From NCBI RefSeq assembly GCF_001194135.2, contig NC_068996.1, positions 21,418,067 to 21,454,411 on the forward strand: a stretch of DNA of 36,345 bases. Direction: 5' to 3'. Below are positions 21,471 through 33,742 of the stretch, piece after piece. Positions within the stretch are counted from its first letter, which is position 1; each line of letters opens with the position of its first letter. A program made the translations under genes and the position numbers. This stretch comes from Octopus bimaculoides. Its lineage: Eukaryota. Below the pieces are notes generated by a model. The model did not search any database and was not told where the DNA came from. It was given only the letters and a program-made list of their open reading frames with translations.

Positions 21471-21687
21471 CATCTATTACCTCTATTGCAAAACACCTGT
21501 GCTTGTCCCTCTATCATGCTTTAGCCTTCCAACACTTGGCATAAATCTATCCTTCCCCTCTCAAATACTTAACCCCCATCAGTCATAGTTTTGTTTTCTT
21601 TTTCCATGTTCATTTTTTGTGTTGTAAGTTACTTTTGTAACCCCACTAATGCTGGTGGCATGGAAAAGGCACCCATACACACTTTAA

Positions 21688-21883
21688 CTCTTTAGCATTT
21701 AAACTGGACATATCTAGCCGATATATTCTACCAGCCAGATTCAGCCTCTCACACCTACCATACAATGTCATTCTAAAAATCACATCATTGAAATCTTGAA
21801 GCTATGAGATAATACATGGTTTAGTCAAACCAATTTGAATAAATAAGCATTACATTTCACAGAGTAATCTGAATGTTAAAGGG
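21688..21883. mobile_element. piggyBac-like MITE (family P), 196 bp, inserted in a family C copy
   Basis: TTAA on both sides (21684-21687, 21884-21887); TIRs ctctttagcatt / aatgttaaaggg (10/12); the flanks rejoin as cacactttaaagtggttggcattagg, the family C motif. Confidence 0.85.
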
Positions 21884-21887
21884 TTAA

Positions 21888-22290
21888 AGTGGTTGGCATT
21901 AGGAAAACCCTCAACCTTGAAGGTCCACTCCAACACCTCACCACCTCTTATATCACTTTCCAGCTTTACCCAATCACCACCTGATCACTACCCTCCAACC
22001 AATCACTTGTGAGTAACCATGTAGCTTAGCTCCTCTGCAAAAAAACTTGTTCTGCTCAGGCCTCTTTCCCTCATATCTCTTACTATTCCCTACTTTCCTA
22101 GCATAAAGTTGTCCCCATGCATACACTGGGTTTGTAATCTTGCAAGCTGCACGGCAACATCAATAGAAGCCATGTCAAAGCTGACACTAGAGTCTAGCAT
22201 AGCCCCATGGCTCACTGGATCCTATCAAACTTTCTGACTCATCTTGACATGGATAACAGATGTTAAATGATGATGACGACGATAATGATA
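21888..22290 (+). mobile_element. Family C-related long old copy
   Basis: Inverted homology to 16700-16965; ends gatgttaaa(tga)n. Confidence 0.6.
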
Positions 22291-22576
22291 ATGTGTTGAT
22301 AGGCTTCTCCACAGTTTCCATCCGTCAAATTCCCTCACATAGCATTGGTTGACCAAGGTGCTAAAGTGCTACTTAGTGGGGACTGAACTTGAAACTACAT
22401 GGTTGTAAAACAAGATTCTTTGCTCCACATTCAAACCCAAATCTTTAGGTGTGTTTGATGTGTATATATGTTTTTTTCCTTTTTATTCGTACACATTGAA
22501 AAATTATAAATACATTTATGTGTGTGTGTGTGTGTGGGTGTCGGTGTGTGTGTGTGTGTGTGTGTCGGTGTGTGTG

Positions 22577-23769
22577 TCGGGCTGGTAAAAAAGCTTGTAG
22601 CATTTTCAAAGTCAAATTCATTAGCAATATTTAGATAGTTGTACATATCTTTACTCAAGCACATATTTCCCGTTTTGTTCCACTACCTTTCACCATCTTT
22701 GGGGCAGCTTCATGATCCCATCCTCCCAGAACTTCACATCTTTCTGGGTCATGAACAGGACTAAGTGGTTTTTACACCCTTTCAAAATATGAAAGTTCCT
22801 CCCATTAAGAGAATTTTGCAAGGNNNNNNNNNNGCAAAGATCAGGTGAGTACAGTGGGTGGGGGTAGGACATCCCACCGAAGCTGCACACATTTCTGCTG
22901 GGTCTACAAAGAAACATGCAGTCTGGCATTGTCCTGATGTAAGACTACACCCTTTCAGTTGGCCAATTCTTTAATCGGTCTAATTGGGAACAATAATAGT
23001 CCGAATTTAACGTCTGATTTTGTGGAAGTAGCTCAGAATATGCAATGCCCCTCCAGTCCCACCAGATTACTGAGCATCACCTTCTTCGGATATAAACCAG
23101 CTTTTGGAGAGAGTGATGGTGGTTCGTCTTATTTTCCCCCAGGACCTTTTTCATTTTATGCTGTTGTAAATAATCCATCCCTCATCATATATAATCATTG
23201 TTTTCAAAAATGAATAATTTTTGTTTCACCTGAGCAGAGAATCACAGATGAAAATGCACTTTACTCCCTTTTTTTCCATTAAGTTATGAGGCACTCAAAC
23301 ATCATAGCAATTTACGTAACCGAGTGGTTTTAAATGCTTTATAATGTCTTGCATGAGATATGTGGAGAATCTCCATAATGTCTTGCATTATGTGATACGG
23401 ATTATTTTCTATTAAAGTCTCAATTTGTTCGTTATCAACAACTATAGGCCTGTTGGAACGTTCACGATCTTCCAGGTCAATGTGTTTGGTTCTAAACCTA
23501 ACAAACCACTTACAAACAGTACTTTCAGCTATGACACCATCTCCATAAACAATATATAACTTCTTGGCTGTTTGTGCAGCATTTTTACCTTTCTGAAAAT
23601 AAAGGAACATTATTGCAAGAACAGTAGAAGTAAATAATCCACACAAAATTCAAATAGAAAAATGCATTGAGATCTCTTTCAGAAAATATGTCATATGTTC
23701 CTGTCACGTGATAAAACACATCACATGATTAAACATCACCAACTGAAAAGTGCTTTTCTTCCAACCCAA
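22577..23769 (-). mobile_element. Decayed mariner (IS630-Tc1-mariner, D,D34D type) transposon, near full length
   Basis: N-terminal HTH FQKGKNAAQTAKKLYIVYGDGVIAESTVCKWFVRFR (ORF 23302-23646), then VPHNL, DEGW, VVLHQDNARLH and HPLYSPDL motifs; degenerate TIRs ttgggttggaagaaaag / tcgggctggtaaaaaag; TA at 23770-23771. Confidence 0.93.
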
Positions 23770-24065
23770 TATATATGTGTGTGTGTGTGTGATTTATATG
23801 TGTATGTGTGTATTTATATGTGTGTGTATTATATTTGTGTGTGTGTGTGCATTTATGTGTATGTGTGTAATTATATGTGTTTGTGTGTGTGTGTGTTTAT
23901 ATATGTATGCATGTTTATATGTGTGCAGAGGTGTGTGTATATTTATATGTATGTGTGTATATTTATATGTATGTGTGAGTGTACATTTATGTGTATTTAT
24001 ATATGTATGTGTGTATATATATTTATATATGTATATGTGCATTTATATATGTGTGTGTGTGTGTG
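23770..24065. repeat. Compound (TG)/(TA)/(TATG) microsatellite
   Basis: Direct reading. Confidence 0.95.
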
Positions 24066-24068
24066 GAT

Positions 24069-24376
24069 ACTCTTATACTCTTTTATTTGTTTCTGTCATT
24101 TGACTGGCCATGCTGGAGCACCAACTTTAGTCAAACAAATCGATCCCAGAACTTATTCTTTATAAGCCTAGTACTTATTCTATCGGTCTACTTTGCTGAA
24201 CTGCTAAATTACAGTGACGTAAACACACCAGAACTCATCAGCATCAGTTGTCAAGCAATGGTGGAGGACAAACACAGACACAAACATACACACATACATA
24301 TATATATATATATACAATGGGCTTTTTTCAGTTTCTGTCTACCAAATCCACTCACAAGGCTTTGGTCGGCCCGAGT
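24069..24376 (-). mobile_element. SINE family B, 5'-truncated
   Basis: Tail tcttttatttgtttctgtcatttgactggccatgctggagcacc, internal (CA)/(TA)n and body ccaaatccactcacaaggctttggtcggccc. Confidence 0.82.
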
Positions 24377-24780
24377 CTGTGTGTATATATTTATATATGT
24401 ATGTGTGTTTATATATATATATATTTATATATGTATGTGTGTATGTGTATATTTATATATGTATATGTGTATATGTGTGTATATGTATATGTGTATATCT
24501 ATATATGTATATGTGTGTGTATATATTTATATATGTATTTGTGTGTGTGTATATTTATATATGTATAAGTTTATGTGTATGTATATGCATATATATGCAT
24601 GTACATATGTGTATATGTATATGTGTGTGCTTCCATGTCTATATATGCATGTATGTGTGTGTGTGTGTGTGTGCGCGCATATGTATACATGAATTTGTGT
24701 ATATGCATATGTGTATACATGTGCCGATTCATACACATATATAAAATGATATATAGGTGTGAATATAAATACTAATATAT
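24377..24780. repeat. Compound (TA)/(TG)/(TATG) microsatellite
   Basis: Direct reading; accounts for ORFs 23979-24775. Confidence 0.95.
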
Positions 24781-24869
24781 TGTATATGTTTGGAATTTAA
24801 ATAAACACATGTACATGCATGCACACACTCATGCATGTATGTAGATGTGGGATATATCATTGATAATAA

Positions 24870-24995
24870 TGGGTTCAAATTTTAGCATGTGTCCAGCAAA
24901 TTTAAGGGCGGTGGTCAATTGATTGAATAAACCCCAGTCCTCAACTGGTACTTATTTTATTGACCACAAAAGGCTGGAAGTCAAAGTTGACCTCA
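24870..24995 (-). mobile_element. SINE family D partial copy
   Basis: ccccagtcctcaactggtacttattttattgacc...caaagttgacctc matches 21000-21070. Confidence 0.65.
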
Positions 24996-25043
24996 ATAAT
25001 CTTTCTGAAAAGTGGTCAATAATCAGAAATTATAGAATATCAA

Positions 25044-25319
25044 TCCGTCGGTTACGACGACAAGGGTCCCAGCTGATACGATCAACAGAACAGCTTGCTT
25101 GTGAAATTAACGTGCAAGTGGCTGAGCATTCCACAAACACGTGTACCCCTAACGTAGTTCTCGGGGGAGATTCAGTTACTACACATTTTTGCCAGCTGAC
25201 TGGACTGGAGCAACGTGAAATAAAGTGTCTTGCCCAAGGACAGAACACGTCGCCGGGAATTGAACTCACGACCTTACGATCGTGAGCCAAATTCCCTAAC
25301 CACTAAACCACACGCCTTC
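25044..25319 (-). mobile_element. SINE family A2 (alternative tRNA head, 3' body shared with A1)
   Basis: Head gaaggcgtgtggtttagtggttagg...gagttcaattcccggc; 3' part gtgctcagccacttgcacgttaatttcac shared with A1. Confidence 0.85.
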
Positions 25320-25569
25320 ACTTAGAATATTCAGAAATCAGTTTAAACAGAATGACATTCATATTTAACAGTGAATTGCTTTTGAAATAGTGTTTCTGTG
25401 ATTTTTATGTATGTAATGGATTCAGCAATTTCTATTATCATATAACATAAAATCTACTTTTCTTTGATAATCAATTTTGGCTTACTTAACATATTTGTAT
25501 CTTTCATTTTTCTTGATAATTCTGAAATTTTCAATGTTTCTTGTATTGATTCAAACTCCAGATTGTGAA

Positions 25570-25574
25570 TGTAC

Positions 25575-25615
<41 letters not shown>

Positions 25616-25625
25616 NNNNNNNNNN

Positions 25626-25665
<40 letters not shown>

Positions 25666-25750
25666 TACAAATGCACACACACAAACATGCGCAGACACGT
25701 GCGTGCACACACAACACACACACAAATGTGTGTGTGTGTGTGTATTTGTA
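25570..25750. repeat. (TA)n around a 10-N gap, then (CA)n/(TG)n
   Basis: Direct reading. Confidence 0.95.
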
Positions 25751-25959
25751 TATATCTGTATCTGCCTTCCTGTATATGTCATTCTTTCCTGACCTTTACA
25801 AATATACATCCACATGGTAAGACACCACACACCAAGCCTGCACTGATTCCTTAATAAGAGACTTTAAGAGCATCCCCCTGTTGTACCCATGCCAACCTTG
25901 ACTCACCCCCACTCCAACTCTACTCATAAAAAATACATTATCATACCAGCTGAGCCCTC

Positions 25960-26245
25960 ACGGTTGTTCCAAACACTGTACCTCATTATCACTGAAGGTT
26001 TCTCCTAGTAAAAGCACATCTTTAACATCACCAGCATACTAAAGACTAGTTCTTCTCATTTGTGTCAGGAAACATTTCATTTCCTAACAGCTGTTGAGAT
26101 TCTACAATGATCAGTTGAGGCCCAACGGTGCAGCACTACTCTCACACCTGGGATGGTGCTGCTGGTAGCCACACCGACATCCTAGATTGTATCCAGAGAA
26201 AGGCCACTCAGCTGATTGGTACTCTATCACCAACAGGTATACTCA
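25960..26245 (+). mobile_element. Decayed CR1/L2-group LINE post-RT fragment
   Basis: QLLRFYNDQLRPTVQHYSHTWDGAAGSHTDILDCIQRKATQLIG matches the LYKAQIRPxMEYCSHIWxGA...LDxIQRRA pattern. Confidence 0.8.
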
Positions 26246-27233
26246 TACATGTACATACACTGTACAAATATGTTGTTGGCATCCTTTTGTCTCGGGAGTT
26301 GCGCATAAACTAATCCAGTCTGGTTTTTACATTTCATGTCCTCTCCAGTTTTGCGCAGGCCTTGGCTAGATGTAAGAAAATCCTGGGTAGCCCAATCATG
26401 AAGATTCCTCTCTCGACCTTAGTGACGAAGTCCAAAGGAGTGCAGAGCATTATGTTTGGCACCAGCTTGGTTGCAGGAGCTGCCGGAAGAGTGTTGAGTC
26501 AAACACTAAATCACCTACAGGGCTCTGCTCCAGATTTCTTTGAAGGTTGTTTCCTTTCCGTAACCCTGGATAGGGACCCATACTGGGTACTGTCAGCTGG
26601 AGCCAGCTGAGCCCGGGACTCATATCAGGCAGGGTTGTCACTCGCTGAAGTAGTGAAGAAAATCAGTACTCACTACCATGACATATGTGTGCTTATATAT
26701 ATGTGTGTGTGAGTGTCTATGCTTTAATCATTAGCAATGGAAGCAGTGTTAATACTAAAAAGTAATCTTTATATCCAACTAAACATGGTTACCTTGTTAG
26801 AACACCAAATATTGTTATTAGCTTTGAAAGATCCTCACATACAGGCACTTAGTGCATAAAAGCACACACATAAATTGTAGCAGACAAGAATTGTCTGCCA
26901 TGAGCACTGGAATTCCCATATCACATGACTTCATTCTACTAGAATTCATCACTGAGAAGTGTTTAGTCACTGCATGCCAGTCAAATCTTGCTATCATATA
27001 TAGAATTTCAGCTTCTTTTCAGACACTGATGTCACAAAAAGCTAGCAGGCTTATTAAGAATTATTTATTAGCATTGGAAGCAGTATTAATGCCAAAAAGT
27101 AATCTTCATATCCAACTTAACATGGATGCCTTGTTAGAACACCGAATACTGTGTGATTAACCTTGAGAGAACTTCTCAATAAGCCTGTTGGCTATTTACA
27201 ACATCAGTATCTGAAAAGGTGCAGATGTTCTAT

Positions 27234-27625
27234 GCTGTTGTTGTTGGCACTCCGTCGCTTACGACATCAAGGGTTCCAGTTGATCCAATCAACAGAACAG
27301 CCTGCTCGTGAAATTAACGTGCAAGTGGCTGAGCACTCCACAGACACGTGTACCCTTAACGTAGTTCTCAGGGATATTCAGCGTGACACAGTGTGACAAG
27401 GCTGACCCTTTGAATTACAGGCACAACAGAAACAGGAAGTAAGAGTGAGAGAAAGTTGTGGTGGAAGAGTACAGCAGGATTCGCCACCATTCCCTGCCGG
27501 AGCCTTGTGGAGCTTTAGGTGTTTTCGCTCAATAAACACTCACAACGCCCGGTCTGGGAATCGAAACCGCGATCCTATGACCGTGAGTCTGCTGCCTTAA
27601 CCACTGGGCCATTGCGCCTCCACCT
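27234..27625 (-). mobile_element. SINE family A1, full length with TSD
   Basis: Collinear with 13146-13539; 10-bp TSD GATGTTCTAT at 27224-27233 and 27626-27635. Confidence 0.92.
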
Positions 27626-27963
27626 GATGTTCTATATATTGTAGCAAACCAACAAGTAGTGACCAGTGCTTCCCAGTAGACCAGTAGACCAAAATCACAT
27701 GACAAATAATTCTCGTTTATGTGTGTGCTTTTATGCATCAAACACTTGTATGAGAACAATGCTGAACATTGGGACATCCAATGCATAAGTTCCAAACAAC
27801 CACTCTGGTGCCATGTACATAGGGAACAAATAATATAAACTTATGTTTATCATAATTTCTTCTACATTTGCTTCATATATCATAACTAGTCATACTACTA
27901 AGTATAGTAGTAACTAAACCACTCCACAGGAAGCAAACTGGATGATGATAATCTACATGAACC

Positions 27964-28290
<327 letters not shown>

Positions 28291-29034
28291 AAACAATTTA
28301 TAATTATAAATTTCTTACTCTTTCTGAAGAACTACTAATACGAAATTCCTTACACATGTATCTAACATGTAAACCTTTGTAATTCTTATTTAGCAAATGA
28401 AACACGTGTAACTGAGAATAAATAATATTAAAAAAAAACTTCCAGTTTCCTGTCTGCAAATAATATCTTCATAATTCTCAAATTTAATATATATTTTGAT
28501 AAAAATACATCAGCAACCATAGATGCGTATTGATTGTAATAATAGAATAAGCAGATGTACTTCAAGCGGAAACAGCTGGGATTTACACTAACTATCACTA
28601 TAATATTACACACACACACACACACACACACATGCACATAGACATTTGTAATGGCCATCATTTAAGTGCACATATGCACTGTTTCTGCTTATGTGAATGA
28701 GAACACTGACAATAGTGACTATATAAACACATAAACGAAAAGAATATACATACATTTTTTTTTAAGGGCACAGATTAGTAGACACAGATATACCAACAAA
28801 TCTAAAATACTTGTGGGGTTTGTAACTCATAATATATATATATATTCATTATGTAAGGCATTTTCATATACAATACTTGCTAAGAAATTCACTGAAATAT
28901 AAACTATCAATATGATCCACTAAACAAAGACTAATATACAAGTATTTGTTAGCCTAAATACATACATATGTACATACATACATGCATGGATATGTTAGTA
29001 GAAAGCTCTGAGATGATAGTAACATTCATCATCA

Positions 29035-29980
29035 AAGCAGTCTATTATGGACCAACAACCGGATTACTACCTCCCACTTTGAAGGGCATACGTTTTTAAT
29101 TCAGAAACAGGAAATATCAACCAAATACCTGATGCACAAAAGGGACAAAGATGCAAGAAAAGCAGTAAAATGTGACAACTGACGCAGACTATGTGGAGTT
29201 AACACTAAAGATATCACCCACATCATAAGCAGTTGTCTGAAAATGTCATCATGGTATTATCTACAAATGAGACATGACGTTGTAGCTACGACACTCTATA
29301 ATGAAATCCATTGGAAGGGTAAACCCGAGGACAAAGAAATAAGAACCCACAATATGGTAGAAGCCATAACCACTCATAATTAAAAAGTAATACTGGTGGA
29401 ATGTCTCAGTGAAGACCTCAATAAAATGTAAACACAATAGACCCGATATAATGATTTCGAATAGAGAAGAGAAATTGTGTACAGTTGTGGAAATCAGCTG
29501 CCCAATGGATGTTAACATAAAGCTGAAAATCAATGAAAAAGAGAACACCTACGCTGAACTATTGAGAAATCTGCAGTTACTCTATCCAAATTACAAGTTC
29601 AGGTTTATACTTGAAATTATTGGGGCCCTGCGATATGTAACACACTGCCTCAATACCAAGCTTAAGAAATTAGTCTTCTCAAAACCAGAAAGGAGAAAGC
29701 TGATTTGAAGACTACAGATCCAAGCCGTCACTGGAACTGTAAAAATCTGTAAAACTTTCCAGAAATTTATTATTTAAGTATATATGAACATGTCTAGATA
29801 TGCATTAGAAGACGTACATAAAATTAAACATTCAAATCTGCACATTACATACAGACACACACACACACATACATACATACCCTGTTGTTGATGTTGAAAT
29901 TCCAATGAAGGAGCCTTGGATCTCAGTTAGAAACCAGCTCTTTTTCTATTGGCAAGAAATCTTGAAATAAAACTGAATAA
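29035..29980 (+). mobile_element. 5'-truncated R4-clade RLE retrotransposon: zinc knuckle, endonuclease and 3' UTR
   Basis: ...CDN*RRLCGVNTKDITHIISSCLKMSSWYYLQMRHDVVA (decayed CCHC knuckle plus RHD), then HNRPDIMISNREEKLCTVVEISCPMDVNIKLKINEKENTYAEL (PD-(D/E)xK core). Confidence 0.9.
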
Positions 29981-30002
29981 GGATATACATACATACTCTA
30001 TG

Positions 30003-30780
30003 TATGTGATGCACCTGATCATATCGGTGATGTTTTTTGGAATCATTAAGTGTTTTAGGTCTTTTAACATCAGACACCCTCTCCAGGTAACNNNNNNNNN
30101 NGTGATGTTTTTTGGAATCATTAAGTGTTTTAGGTCTTTTAACATCAGACACCCTCTCCAGGTAACCCAGCTATGGTTGATGATGCCACAGCTTGTATCC
30201 ACTTAACACTACCCCATTCCAAGGTTTCCAGCTACCTTGAGGCAACCTCTGCTGCCTCTACAGCCAATTTGATGGCCTTCCACCTACTTGCTCTTGTGAT
30301 GTCAAGCATGTTGTAAGCCCTGCAGGGAGACTGATCTGCAAAACTTTCTGCATTCCACCTTGGTGGGATCACACCTTGCTTGACACCCATTACACTAGCA
30401 TAACTTCACCAACTCAGTATAATTCATTCTTTTGCTCTTATTTGTCTACTCAGTGTGGTCTCCCCATGGAATGGAAAGTTCTATCAGATCCACCTGCTTG
30501 AATGCTTCCGTGGCCAGCACCATATCTGGCCTTAATGCCATTGCAGCAAAAGTTTCTAAGCACATCAGCTGCTTCCCTAGGTCAACTTTCGGCTCTCAAT
30601 CTTTTACTGTTGCAAATGGGCCCAAGAAGGCAGACCTAGAAACTGGCATCTTCTTCATGCCTGCCTTGATGATGCTGATAAATTTGTTGGGCAGAGATGC
30701 TTTGGACATTGTCTGCTATGAGCTTCAGAACCTGGTTGTGCCTCCAGCAGTAGCATCCCTGATTGGATGATGACTCCAAC
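30003..30780 (-). mobile_element. 5'-truncated HERO-like RLE retrotransposon: endonuclease and 3' UTR
   Basis: Minus strand reads QGCYCWRHNQVLKLIAD...KVDLGKQLMCLETFAAMALRPDMVL...KQVDLIELSIPWGD...KRMNYTELV, matching from memory HERO-clade WRHDQVL, VDLGKQLKFP, LRPDMVL and ELTVPWE motifs; the 3' UTR contains gagggtgtctgatgttaaaagac. Confidence 0.8.
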
Positions 30781-30984
30781 AACCACCTCCCCCTCCCAAG
30801 GCTTGGTAAGATATCATAAATTGTATTTCCACATGATATCTATTTACTGTTAAGTTAAATGTGTACATAAAAATAATGCAGGATCACAAGGAGACAATGT
30901 CTATTTAATAAGATGATACATACCATGTGGTACCAAATGGTATCTATAGTAACAATAAGTGACCTTTTACTCTTCATACAGGCA

Positions 30985-31141
30985 CAGGCATGGCTGTTTG
31001 ATAAGAAGTTTGCTTTCCAACCACATGGTTCTAGGTTTAGTCCCACTGTGTGGAACTTTGGGCAAGAGTCTTTTACTATAGTCTCAGACTGACCAAAATT
31101 TTCTAAGTGGATTTCTCACATGGAGACTGAAAGTAGCCCAT

Positions 31142-31225
<84 letters not shown>

Positions 31226-31405
31226 TGTCTGTGCTTCTGTTCCCCCCTACACACACACTATCACTTGGCAACTGGTATTGGTGTTTTTACATCCCCATAA
31301 ATTAGTAGTTCAGTAAAAGAGTCCAATAGAATAAGTACCAGGTTTAATGAACAGTATTAAGTACCTAAAATTCTTCAAGGCAGTGCTCTGGTATGGTCAA
31401 AACAG
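30985..31405 (+). mobile_element. SINE family B copy with long internal (TG)n
   Basis: Head caggcatggctgtttgataagaagtttgctttccaaccacatggttctaggtttagtccc; (TG)n at 31146-31223. Confidence 0.8.
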
Positions 31406-31443
31406 CAGAATACAATGATGGGACACAAACCATTGAACTAGGA

Positions 31444-31838
31444 TCTTTATCTTTCATCTTTTACTTGTTTCAGTTGTTAGAATGTGGCCATGCTGAGGCA
31501 CCACCTTGAAGAATTTTTAGTTGAATGAACTGACCCCACTAGTTATTTTTTTGTTAAGCCTGATACTTATTCTCTTAATGTCTTTTGCTGAACTGCTAAG
31601 TTACAGGGACATAAACACACCAACACCGGTTGTCAAGCTGTGGGAGGGGACAAACACAGACAGAAAGACATATACACATTGAGATAGATAGTTATGAGAT
31701 GGGCTTCTTTCAATTCCCATCTACCAAATCCACTCTCAAGGCTTTGGTCGGCCCAAGGCTATAGAAGACACTTGCCACTTGGTGGGACTGAACCCAGAAC
31801 CATGTGGTTGGAAAGCCAGCTTCTTATCACACAGCCAC
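31444..31838 (-). mobile_element. SINE family B copy, tail-to-tail with the previous one
   Basis: tcttttacttgtttcag...ccaaatccactctcaaggctttggtcggccc...gaacccagaaccatgtggttgg. Confidence 0.83.
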
Positions 31839-32109
31839 AGGAAAGTTTAACATTAAGTTGCATCTTTGTGAGAAGTGTAGGGTCTAATGTTTTTAGCTAT
31901 GTCCCTTTTTTGAATATGACAAAAAGAGAGGAAAGTAGTGCTGTTGCTTGGGTTAGAAGTAAGTAAATCTATCTTTACCTACTTTGAATTTTCCTATTGA
32001 CTGATTTTTTGCCAACAAAGAGTATCATCAGTTCTTCAGATTCCAGACTTACCCAATGATTTTCAAGCTGGTATCCCATCACTTTGACTGGGTATTTGCT
32101 ACACTCATT

Positions 32110-32700
32110 ATACCTTACTTTGCTTCCATGTTTGGGACTTCTTTTCTAATTCTTTGACAGCTATGAGAACTAACACATCAATGTGTAGTTGTTCCTGTAG
32201 ATAATGAGTCTTAAATTCTTGTTATTGTCTGGAGAAATATACTTAACAATTGGGGACTAAGAATTGAGCCCTGACGAACACATACTTGTGTACTAAAGTT
32301 TTTGTTGAGCTCATTGTTAACTCTCACCTTGCTGAAGTCATTTCTGCATATGACTTGCATGAATCTCACAGACCATTGATCTCATTCTAGTTTTCTTAGT
32401 AACTATCCGACTACAGAGCATGGTTCCTTGTCAAAGGCTTTTACCATTTTATCAAATGCTAGATACAGATGTTTACTCTTAGCTAAGAACTTCTAAATTT
32501 CTTTCATTAGTAAAAAGGCATCTGTGATATCCTGTCCTGGTACAAACCAAAACTAAATCTCATCTATTCTCTTCCTAATTAATTGAGCTATAACTCTTTC
32601 TGTTTCTTTTCTGAATTAATTGAGCTATAACTTTGTCTATTACTTTTATATTCTGGTTCATCAGTTTGGTAGTTCTATGAAATATCTCATTTACCCATCT
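32110..32700 (-). pseudogene. Decayed RTE reverse-transcriptase domain fragment
   Basis: Minus strand with stops reads KLM..VI.RVIAQLIR..FVPG..TDA..KFLAKSKHLYLAF.K..KAFD...SKVRV...VRQGSILSPQLL, i.e. the RT motifs QFGF.PG..TTDA, KAFD and GVHQGSVLSPLLF. Confidence 0.85.
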
Positions 32701-32934
32701 ACTTCATAGTATCTATGATGGGTCTCCTGCTTACTCTCCCTTCATATACTTAATGACCATTTAACTGTTAATTTCAATAATTTGCCCCTATGTTCCATTA
32801 TTGCCTTGTGAACTCAAGTATTATGGCTTCAATTTTCTTGTCTTCTGAGGCACAATAATTTAAATGCCTGTTCTTTCAACTAGATCTGAATGGATAATTT
32901 TATGTAACATCCAAATATTATTGCTTTGTTATTA

Positions 32935-32944
32935 ACACACGCAC

Positions 32945-33003
<59 letters not shown>

Positions 33004-33065
33004 CATGCATGCATGCATGCATGCATGCACACACGCATGCATGCACACAAACACAAGCATGCACA
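32935..33065. repeat. (CA)n followed by self-complementary (ATGC)n
   Basis: Direct reading. Confidence 0.95.
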
Positions 33066-33449
33066 TGTTTGAAGAACAAATTTGAATGAAGTGCTCAAAT
33101 ATATAGTCATGAACATTCAGACACTAAAACTTACATGTTCATATATTCACATATGTGCACACACATACACACCAATACCCACATATATACACACACATAT
33201 ACACACACATTTGCACTCCACATTTCTATGCCTGTATGCACATTTTTGAGCAAGCACTGAAAGGAAGTTAATGTGTAAACGAAAAGCTAGTTGTTCTGTT
33301 TGTGTTGTGTCTCACATACTTTTGTTGGAGGGAATGAAATTGCACGAGATTTTTTTGTACACTGATTACCATCAGAGGAAACATTTGTGTGTACTAAGGG
33401 GAGCTATTAGGATATATTTGAGTCAGTAATATATGAGACTAACTTTTAG

Positions 33450-33660
33450 GACAGATTGTTAGCACACTGGGCAAAATGCTTAGGTGCATTTTAATCTGTC
33501 TTTATGTTCTTAGTTCAGATTCCACCAAAGTTGACATTGCCTTTCATCCTTTTGGGCCCAATAAGATCAGTACCAGTTGGGCACTAGGGGGTCAATGTAA
33601 TCGACTTACCCCCTCCTCAGAACTCACTGGTCTTGTGCCAAAATTCGAAACCAATATGTG
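33450..33660 (+). mobile_element. SINE family D, near full length (partial 3' copy also at 34022-34090 with an (ATT)n tail)
   Basis: gattgttagcacactgggcaaaatgcttag...ttagttcagattcc (B-box-like)...ttgtgccaaaattcgaaaccaat. Confidence 0.75.
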
Positions 33661-33711
33661 AGACTTAGAGAGACTTTATGTGCATGTTTCTTAAAAGGAC
33701 CTAGAGGCCTG

Positions 33712-33742
<31 letters not shown>

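Noticed and set aside
30027-30166. 65-bp exact direct repeat
   Set aside because: The two copies abut a 10-N placeholder gap, the signature of an unmerged contig overlap.
30432-30770. 112-aa plus-strand ORF
   Set aside because: Antisense shadow of the HERO-like endonuclease on the minus strand.
32577-32632. Short tandem duplication of aattaattgagctataact
   Set aside because: A small post-insertion duplication within the dead RT fragment; no functional implication.
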